IMG/VR virus record: IMGVR_UViG_3300034683_000619
Span: 1 to 56,277 of that record
Direction: 5' to 3' (one strand)
DNA: 56,277 bases
Source of the DNA: a virus
Lineage: Duplodnaviria; Caudoviricetes
Shown here piece after piece: positions 1 to 6,475 of the stretch (the stretch's first letter is position 1; every line of letters begins with the position of its first letter). The position numbers and the translations under genes were made by a program. Below the pieces are notes generated by a model. It was given only the letters and a program-made list of their open reading frames with translations, made no database searches and had not been told where the DNA came from.

Positions 1-231
1 CTATAAGTGAGAGTCAACCGGCCGCCACATAATCGCCCTCGGCTCACAGGCTACCGCCAGGGCTGACAACTTGGCTGAGTTCTCTCGGAGCGCCCATTCC
101 CCGAGCAATAGCCGGCCATAGTGGCGGCAATGGTTGACCAGGCCGGGCATGATTCGCTCGCATGCGCGGCAGTTCTCCAGGCCGTGGCAGCGGGCCGGGT
201 CAATCGTCAGTTCGTGGGTGGCTATTTTCAC
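1..231 (-). CDS. Small Cys-rich protein with a ferredoxin-like start (TIDPARCHGLENCRAC)
   Basis: GTG at 231 preceded by AAGGAG; C-x5-C-x2-C motif; stop at 1-3. Confidence 0.55.
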   Translation of the reverse strand: MKIATHELTIDPARCHGLENCRACERIMPGLVNHCRHYGRLLLGEWALRENSAKLSALAVACEPRAIMWRPVDSHL

Positions 232-427
232 TGCCCATCTCCTTTTCGATGGCGTCGGCCCAGCTGGCAGCGATTTGGCCGGCGCCAATCAGCTCCCGGC
301 CATGGATACCCATTTCGCCCATGCCGCCGTAATAGTCCATGGTGGCGCCCAAGGCTATCATTTCTCTGGAGAGTTCGATCAGCTGCAGCGCTATATCTCT
401 TGGGGTGATGTCGGTTTCTTCAGTCAT
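200..427 (-). CDS. Hypothetical phage protein (75 aa)
   Basis: ATGA overlap with the endolysin stop; helical acidic protein. Confidence 0.65.
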   Translation of the reverse strand: MTEETDITPRDIALQLIELSREMIALGATMDYYGGMGEMGIHGRELIGAGQIAASWADAIEKEMGSENSHPRTDD

Positions 428-762
428 TTTGCTCCATCATGCTCCAAGCTGTAATGGTTGCCGTCGCGGAAACGCCCTCCCCATGTGCCCCCCTGGCTCT
501 CCCACCACTCGCCGAGCTGGCGGTGGTCCTCCGAGCGTTCGAGGTATCGCCCGTTGCGAAACAGGTTGAGGTCAATGGCCAGACGGAGCTTGTGGCAACT
601 CCTTCCGGCGCCATAACCTTTTTTCTCCCCGAAAATACCATGCACACGGGCGTCTCGGTAAGCATCGCCCAAGGTCACTTCATAACCCATCTCATAAGCT
701 TTATCGATCAATCGTGCCACCATACGGGCAAACCGGCGCTGTTTTTGGCCGAGTGTTTCCAT
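424..762 (-). CDS. Endolysin, M15-family Zn peptidase
   Basis: Start at 762 after GAAGGAG; motifs YR, SCHKLRLAID (SxH...AxD), WGGRF, DGNHYS. Confidence 0.9.
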   Translation of the reverse strand: METLGQKQRRFARMVARLIDKAYEMGYEVTLGDAYRDARVHGIFGEKKGYGAGRSCHKLRLAIDLNLFRNGRYLERSEDHRQLGEWWESQGGTWGGRFRDGNHYSLEHDGAK

Positions 763-778
763 GTCGCATTCTCTCCTT

Positions 779-1624
779 CTATTGTCTGTAGGATCCCTCT
801 TTTGCCAGGAGCAGGGTTTCAGGGGAAGGGATAGTCCATCCGATCCCATCGGCCACGGTTGAGGTATGCTCATCGTCGCTGCTCGCAAACGCTGTCAGCC
901 TGGCTGCGTACCGGTGGTGCTGGCGCAAAACGTTGTCACCTGCAGCCAAAACCCAGCCCGGCAGATTGTCGAGACTCTGCATGGACCCCCGGCTGATCGT
1001 CCGGTACATGGCATACAGTGTCGCCGTCGCATACTCGCCAGCTTCAAGGGGATAATAGTGGTTCCAGGCGGCTGATTTTCGCCGATACACCGAGAGCAGC
1101 AGTTTCCGCATTTCAAAAAAGAAACGGTCCAACGCCGATCGATCTCCCCGCCAGAAAGCAGCGAAATCAGCGGCCCAGGGGCTGGGGGACTGTTCAGCCA
1201 TAGCGATGGCTCGCTCGATGCGATCGGTGGAGGTGTCCCACTTGAGGTTGGCCAGGACACAGTTCTTTGGGTCGCCGTCAATAAAGACCGATCTCCCTCC
1301 ATCTTTTTCGCCCGCCGGGTCGAATGCCCGCAGCACGGCCAAATGCACAGTGATATTGCCCAGGTGGTGATCACCCACCAGCATTCTCCCCTCCACCCAC
1401 CGTTGCCGCATCAACCGTTCGTGCTCAGATCTGGTTGATTTGATCCGGCCCATGGTCGAAACCAGCAGACCAGGGTGCCCGGCAATTTCGGACCACCGCT
1501 CGCCGGGAAGGTCCTCGATCTTTCGTGGCGAGAGTGTACCGCGCTTCCATTTGTTGTAGTGGCTACGGCAGTACCCGTGTCCGTAGACGGGTTTTCCGCA
1601 TTCATCGATCTTGCAGGTGTTCAT
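779..1624 (-). CDS. Zn-finger + NUMOD4 + degenerate HNH fused to a sigma-70 region-2-like domain
   Basis: C-x4-C-x9-C-x2-H; ERWSEIAGHPGLLVSTMGRIKS (NUMOD4); VHLAVLRAF..VFIDGDPKNCVLANLKW (HNH-like); GDRSALDRFF..AGEYA..GWVLAAGDNVLRQHHR (sigma r2-like); ATGA overlap at 1621-1624. Confidence 0.7.
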   Translation of the reverse strand: MNTCKIDECGKPVYGHGYCRSHYNKWKRGTLSPRKIEDLPGERWSEIAGHPGLLVSTMGRIKSTRSEHERLMRQRWVEGRMLVGDHHLGNITVHLAVLRAFDPAGEKDGGRSVFIDGDPKNCVLANLKWDTSTDRIERAIAMAEQSPSPWAADFAAFWRGDRSALDRFFFEMRKLLLSVYRRKSAAWNHYYPLEAGEYATATLYAMYRTISRGSMQSLDNLPGWVLAAGDNVLRQHHRYAARLTAFASSDDEHTSTVADGIGWTIPSPETLLLAKEGSYRQ

Positions 1625-1986
1625 TGCAGGCCCACCCATCCCCGCCGACCGCCTTTTGGCGCAAACTTGCCGAGCTTTATCGTCACATAGTGCGCCCAGT
1701 AGTAGGGACTGCTGTGTGGTGATTCGGTTTCGTCAGCGAACGTGGCGCTCAGGGTGAAGACCGCTTTGGTATCCGGGGCAACAGTGACGGTACAATCCCC
1801 TGCAGCGGTTTCGGCTCCGGCCCAGTAACAGTTGGCGAGCTTTACCCCGTCTTGATAAAGCTGGAACCCGGTCACCTCCGGTTCCTCCGGAGGCGTATAG
1901 CCCCACTCAACGTGTATTGATCGTGTCTCCGCCCAGGCAAACGCCGAGACAAGCAGCATCACCAGCAGGAGTATCCGTTTGATCAT
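1621..1986 (-). CDS. Signal-peptide protein, FN3/Ig-like
   Basis: MIKRILLLVMLLVSAFAWA signal peptide; W..VTGFQLY..F.LSA..ES.HS resembles an FN3 pattern; ATGA overlap. Confidence 0.7.
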   Translation of the reverse strand: MIKRILLLVMLLVSAFAWAETRSIHVEWGYTPPEEPEVTGFQLYQDGVKLANCYWAGAETAAGDCTVTVAPDTKAVFTLSATFADETESPHSSPYYWAHYVTIKLGKFAPKGGRRGWVGLQ

Positions 1987-3038
1987 GGCCCATGCCCCAC
2001 GCTGAATTTGGTGCCCGATTTGCGGAGTTGGCCTGTACCGTTGGCACGGCCAATCAAGCGTCGGCATGGCTCGGATTCGAGCACCACCAGCTCCGGATCC
2101 GCATCGGTGGCGGTCCAGACGACAGAGCCATCCGTTACTGTGGTATCGATGGCATAGCCGCCCTCGATCTGCTCGGCCACATAGGTGGCGGTAATAGTCA
2201 GCCAGTCCGGGTCAGCCTGGGCGCCGATGGTATAGGTGCCGTCATAGTTGGTTGTTCCGCTAATCGTTACGTCCTGGCCGCTGGCAAAGCCGTGGCCCGG
2301 GCAAGGGATGTCAACCGTGCCGTCGCCATTGTCGATCACTGCACTGTCTGCGATGGCAACAGTTTCTGTCCCGGTAAAGGTCTCTGCGGCATATGTGGTG
2401 GTGATCACCACCACATCAGCACTCCCAAGGGCCTGGTCGGGCAGAGTGTAGTTGCCGTCGTAATTGGTGGTGCCGCTGATCACGACCGACTGTCCTGCAA
2501 AATACGGGTGGCCGGTTACCGGAACACCAACAGTGCCATCGCCATTGTCGACTGCAGCAGAGGCGGCGAGGGTCTTGGCCAACGCCAGCCGAAAACCATG
2601 CTTGGTCGGCCATTCCGGCTCCTCAGTTCCAGTCGTTCCTGCGGTCGAGACCACCATCGAGTAGCGGGAGCTCGGATACATGCCACTGCAGACCTGGTCC
2701 CCGACAGAAACAGCCGTCGATGCCTTCCACGGCCCGCATTCGTAGGCCACCGCCTGGCCGCGGATGTGGGTGATAGGACTGTTGCCCATGTCCACCGAGA
2801 TATTGACCTCTCGATGATCCGGATCGTCCCACACCTCGCCGATCAGCTGGCCGTAAGAGAAAAGCCTGACCGCCAGTCGCCTGGAGGCGGTCACTGACTC
2901 AATCGGCAAATCAAGGTAGGTACCACCCGCTGCCACCTGCCAGGAGGGATCAGGCTGCCAGGTAAGCGTCACGGTGTTGACCGCCGCGAAAGCAGGGGCC
3001 GAGACCAGCAGCCACCAGATGATGATGAGGGCCCTCAT
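1983..3038 (-). CDS. Signal-peptide fibre/appendage-like protein with two GH..G+.V.ISGTTNYDG.YT beta repeats
   Basis: Start at 3038 (MRALIIIWWLLVSAPAFAA); internal repeats resemble E1-FCCH-like modules of phage tail proteins. Confidence 0.7.
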   Translation of the reverse strand: MRALIIIWWLLVSAPAFAAVNTVTLTWQPDPSWQVAAGGTYLDLPIESVTASRRLAVRLFSYGQLIGEVWDDPDHREVNISVDMGNSPITHIRGQAVAYECGPWKASTAVSVGDQVCSGMYPSSRYSMVVSTAGTTGTEEPEWPTKHGFRLALAKTLAASAAVDNGDGTVGVPVTGHPYFAGQSVVISGTTNYDGNYTLPDQALGSADVVVITTTYAAETFTGTETVAIADSAVIDNGDGTVDIPCPGHGFASGQDVTISGTTNYDGTYTIGAQADPDWLTITATYVAEQIEGGYAIDTTVTDGSVVWTATDADPELVVLESEPCRRLIGRANGTGQLRKSGTKFSVGHGP

Positions 3039-3042
3039 GGCG

Positions 3043-3573
3043 TCACCATGTGCTAAGGGCTGCCCGCCGCCAGGTGTTGGTAGCCACGCACACATACCAA
3101 TAGCCGGTGGCGTACCACCATTGCCCGGCGGTACAGGCGTCTGTCGTTGTTGTCGGAGCCACTCCAGATGGCAGAGTCAGCACGATATCAGCGGCCAAAT
3201 TCGCAGGGGCCTTGAGCGTGATTGTGTTGGTCCCATTGTCTGGATCCTCGGGCAGGCCGATTTCGCCGGTCTCGCCACTGGCCGGGTCACCGAAATCAAA
3301 GCCGTCCGCCGTGATCGTGGTAAAAGTCCCTGCTGCTGGCGTGGTCGAGCCAATGACTCCAGGCGATGCCCAATCCACCACCGCAGCCGCGAGACTGGAG
3401 AGTGTGGCGGTTTTGGTCGCTGTCGGGTCAGCACTGTCGATCAACAGCACCTTGTCCGCCGCCACCGGAGAGGACTTCACCGCATAGCTGGTGATCAACG
3501 CTCCCGTAGCCCCGCCAGCCACAGCCGCCACCAACAGGATTGCCGCCCAGAAAATAGAGGTGTTTGTTCTCAT
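3043..3573 (-). CDS. Fibre-like protein with hydrophobic N-terminus
   Basis: IGSTTPAAGTFTT fibre motif; C-terminal G..WY..GYWYVCVATNTWRRAAL motif common at fibre ends. Confidence 0.7.
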   Translation of the reverse strand: MRTNTSIFWAAILLVAAVAGGATGALITSYAVKSSPVAADKVLLIDSADPTATKTATLSSLAAAVVDWASPGVIGSTTPAAGTFTTITADGFDFGDPASGETGEIGLPEDPDNGTNTITLKAPANLAADIVLTLPSGVAPTTTTDACTAGQWWYATGYWYVCVATNTWRRAALSTW

Positions 3574-3872
3574 AAATCTCTCACTCGGAGCTGTACGTCA
3601 TGCTCCCATTTGTTGTCTGTGGTCGTTACACACCGAAAGCTGATCTTGTACGGGCTTCTTGCTTCCTCTCCACCGATAATGGTCACGATCACGCCCCCTG
3701 CCCCATCATTGGTAATGGTCGATTGATTGGTTACTTGGGCCGAAGCGTCAATGCCGTCTTTGTCATAGGCGGTGACGGTCTGGCTCACTATCGCCTCGCC
3801 ATCAGTAAAGTTTCGGTTGAAGTTGACCGATATCGGGAATTCCTCGTACGGTTGTTTTTGTACTTTATCCAT
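3570..3872 (-). CDS. Putative fibre-tail adaptor (100 aa)
   Basis: KQPYEE..VNF..V.IIGG..YKISFRCVT pattern; ATGA overlap with the downstream gene. Confidence 0.65.
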   Translation of the reverse strand: MDKVQKQPYEEFPISVNFNRNFTDGEAIVSQTVTAYDKDGIDASAQVTNQSTITNDGAGGVIVTIIGGEEARSPYKISFRCVTTTDNKWEHDVQLRVRDL

Positions 3873-3877
3873 GATGG

Positions 3878-5275
3878 TTATCTCTCTGGACGGGTGAAGG
3901 TGGTAATGGTCTCTGGACGGGTGAAGGTAAATGCCGGAAAGTATCTGGCCCGTAATCCCACCGAGAAGACCGCCCCACCAGCGAGACAACCTCCGGACAT
4001 GGCCAGGGTGCAGCTTTGGATGGTCGCCGCCACTCCCCCAGTTATGGCTCCGCCATGCCCCGATGCCGTGCGGTGGATGGTTTTGGTGGCAACTCCGCCC
4101 CCCAAGGCGCCACCATGGGTAACGATTGTCCGCCAGACCACATTGACCGACTTCTGAGCAGTAACGCCGCCGGTGACGGACCCGCCGTTTGCCAAACAGG
4201 TAACCGCAATGGATTGCCCGGCTCGGCCACCGATGACCGGGCCGCCCTGGCCTACAAGCGAGAGCGTTTGTAGGCCGCTCGCCGAGATAACCGCAGCGCC
4301 ACCGGACACAAGGCCACCCGTCGGTTGAATGCGGACCGCTTGCGCCACGGAAGCATCTCCCCCGGCGACAGCGCCATCACTGCAAAGATGCCATCGACCC
4401 ACGGCAATCGGGGATCGTCCGCCACAAACAGCCCCGGTGCTGGCCGTGTAGATGGTCGACGCCAGCACAGCGGCCACGCCGCCGGCAACGCAGCCGCCGG
4501 ATCCGGACATTGTGGCAACCTGTAGGCCACTGACAGCTATGGCAGCAGCCCCACCGGCCACCGCACCCCCGGAAAACAAGCCGACCCGCGCCGCCCTGTG
4601 CACGGCTTGGCCGCCGGTCACGGCTCCACTTGTTGCAGAAAGAGCCTCGGATTGCAGATTGACGGCTATGCTCGGTGCCGTGCCACCGGCCAGGCCACCG
4701 CCGGTAACTTGGTGACGAATCGCCCGCAGGCCGGCCCATTGCCCGCCAATGACCGCTCCACCCATAGCGATCTGGGTGGTATAGGCCAGATTGGTGTTGC
4801 TGGAAAGCGCTTCTCCACCGCAAACCGCCCCCCCATCGCCTGTCAAAACAATGGATTGCTCGACAACTCCGCCCTCGGTGGCCACAGCAGCCGAACCAGC
4901 GATAACCGCGCCTCCGGTTCCTTGAAACACCACGACCCTGGCCAACCATTGGCTGGTCTCGATGTACTGCCCGGCCCCATCGAGTATGGGCTCGCCGAGT
5001 CCGTCACGAAGAAGAGAGTCGTGTCCGCAGACCGCCCCGCCATCGCCTGTCAAAACAATGGATTGCTCGACAACTCCGCCCTCGGTGGCCACAGCAGCCG
5101 AACCAGCGATAACCGCGCCTCCGGTTCCTTGAAACACCACGACCCTGGCCAACCATTGGCTGGTCTCGATGTACTGCCCGGCCCCATCGAGTATGGGCTC
5201 GCCGAGTCCGTCACGAAGAAGAGAGTCGTGTCCGCAGACCGCCCCGCCGGCTGCTATCAGCTCAATATAGGCCAT
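3878..5275 (-). CDS. Gly/Ala-rich repeat structural (fibre/appendage) protein
   Basis: Many GGAVxGG repeats; contains a 207-bp duplication and a C-terminal TFTRPE x2 repeat. Confidence 0.75.
   Translation of the reverse strand: MAYIELIAAGGAVCGHDSLLRDGLGEPILDGAGQYIETSQWLARVVVFQGTGGAVIAGSAAVATEGGVVEQSIVLTGDGGAVCGHDSLLRDGLGEPILDGAGQYIETSQWLARVVVFQGTGGAVIAGSAAVATEGGVVEQSIVLTGDGGAVCGGEALSSNTNLAYTTQIAMGGAVIGGQWAGLRAIRHQVTGGGLAGGTAPSIAVNLQSEALSATSGAVTGGQAVHRAARVGLFSGGAVAGGAAAIAVSGLQVATMSGSGGCVAGGVAAVLASTIYTASTGAVCGGRSPIAVGRWHLCSDGAVAGGDASVAQAVRIQPTGGLVSGGAAVISASGLQTLSLVGQGGPVIGGRAGQSIAVTCLANGGSVTGGVTAQKSVNVVWRTIVTHGGALGGGVATKTIHRTASGHGGAITGGVAATIQSCTLAMSGGCLAGGAVFSVGLRARYFPAFTFTRPETITTFTRPER
4833..5248. 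repeat. 207-bp tandem duplication (69 aa, 2 copies)
   Basis: ccatcgcctgtcaaaacaatggattg... at 4833 and 5040; copies appear identical by eye. Confidence 0.95.
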
Positions 5276-5281
5276 TTATCA

Positions 5282-5704
5282 TCAAGCCGGGGTGCCACTG
5301 CTCATCTGGAATTTCGGGGTGATATCCACATGGTCGCCGTCGTTGGCCGGAGTAAAGGGCGCGGTCAGCCGCTCGGCCCAAAGTACGGTGTTGTCGGCGT
5401 CGGTCACGTAATACCCGTAAATGGTGGTGTTGGTGGTCAGGGTGCCGGTGAAGGTGAACACCTGCTGGGCGTAAGTGGCCTCCGAGGGGTCACTGGCCGG
5501 GTTGACCGTCCACGATCCGTTGGCCATGGTCTTGGCGGCGTACCCGCCTCCGGTGGCCTCGGTATAGCTGATACCGGTTTGTGCCGGGGTGACATCGTTG
5601 ACGAACAGCCGCAGGGTAAGGTTGTTGCCGCCGGCAGGACGGGTATTGTTGAAAAAGGTCTTGAGGATTTCGTCGGCGCCGAGATCGGTTAAAATGAGTG
5701 CCAT
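5282..5704 (-). CDS. Phage structural/fibre-associated protein (140 aa)
   Basis: LRLF.ND.TP..EATGGGYA..W..Y..Q.FTF..IYGYYV family pattern; AGGAG RBS. Confidence 0.75.
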   Translation of the reverse strand: MALILTDLGADEILKTFFNNTRPAGGNNLTLRLFVNDVTPAQTGISYTEATGGGYAAKTMANGSWTVNPASDPSEATYAQQVFTFTGTLTTNTTIYGYYVTDADNTVLWAERLTAPFTPANDGDHVDITPKFQMSSGTPA

Positions 5705-5839
5705 GGTGTTGTTCTCCTGTTATTTTTACGGTCAATTAAGCAGCACCGCCACCCTGGCGGAGCGCTGTGGGGTGGCTCGTTGTGCCCATTCGGAGTCGAG
5801 ATCCTGGTGATAGGCCTCTGGCCAGGTTGGTGAGGCGCA

Positions 5840-6106
5840 TCACTTGCCTCCTATTTTTTCGACGATCCCGGCGAAAAGCGCGTAGGCCAGGGCACTCACG
5901 ACGATCCCGGCAAAAACGATTTGCCCTCGGTCCGCGGCTTTGCGCATGGCTTGCCCGAACATGAGGTCTTTCTGAAACTCCTTGACCTGCCTTGGGTCGT
6001 CGATGTCCACGCCAAGGATGGCGAAAACCTGCTTGACGGCCTCTTTCGCCGCAGTCTCCGAATATTTGCAGGTGTCCTCTTGCTGCGGTTTTGTGCACTC
6101 GCTCAT
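5840..6106 (-). CDS. Membrane protein with a C-terminal TM helix (lysis-associated, putative)
   Basis: LGVDIDDP..FQKDL.F pattern, then a hydrophobic helix; ATGA overlap with the holin. Confidence 0.7.
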   Translation of the reverse strand: MSECTKPQQEDTCKYSETAAKEAVKQVFAILGVDIDDPRQVKEFQKDLMFGQAMRKAADRGQIVFAGIVVSALAYALFAGIVEKIGGK

Positions 6107-6279
6107 TTCACACCATTACGGGATTTGACCCAGGCCTCGGTGGAGTAGGCCAGTGTCAACAGGCCGCCGATGATATAGGCTATGGCCTCGATGTGCTCCG
6201 GGCTGAGGTTGTACCCTAGCAGCGCCGCCAGTGGGGTAAGCGCCTTCATTGCCTTGGTGATTATTTCGATATTGGGCAT
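6103..6279 (-). CDS. Putative holin (58 aa)
   Basis: TAAGGAG RBS; two hydrophobic segments and a basic C-terminus; first gene of the operon. Confidence 0.65.
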   Translation of the reverse strand: MPNIEIITKAMKALTPLAALLGYNLSPEHIEAIAYIIGGLLTLAYSTEAWVKSRNGVK

Positions 6280-6296
6280 GTGATTTCTCCTTAGGC

Positions 6297-6363
6297 AAAA
6301 AAAAAGCCCGGAAAGCAGACGCGGGCACGCAGGGTGCCGTGGCGATGTCTTGCTTTCCGGGCT
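6297..6363 (-). terminator. Branched intrinsic terminator/attenuator in the holin-operon leader
   Basis: AGCCCGGAAAGCAAGAC...GTCTGCTTTCCGGGCT, inner hairpin GGCAC/GTGCC, followed by a U-tract. Confidence 0.8.
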
Positions 6364-6371
6364 GGTTAAGC

Positions 6372-6440
6372 TGTCCCCGTGACAGGGAGGCAATCAGTTG
6401 CGGATAAATAAAATATGCTCTAATTTGCGTCGTAAATCAA
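6372..6440 (-). promoter_or_regulatory. Late promoter 2 plus conserved leader box
   Basis: TTGATT(6440-6435)-N17-CATATT(6417-6412); CTCCCT-N5-GGGGACA at 6389-6372, also present in the terS leader. Confidence 0.6.
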
Positions 6441-6475
6441 CAAAGACATGCATGTTCTCACTGACAAACTGCTTA

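Noticed and set aside
4833-5248. Possible DGR template/variable repeat pair
   Set aside because: Copies are adjacent and identical with no adenine-specific differences, and no reverse transcriptase is present.
5736-5840. 34-aa ORF coupled by TGATG (possible spanin remnant)
   Set aside because: No lipobox or TM segment; insufficient support.
6414-6431. Resemblance of the holin promoter spacer to the HTH operator TACGCA-N6-TGCGTA
   Set aside because: Three mismatches in the 12 core bases; could easily be chance.
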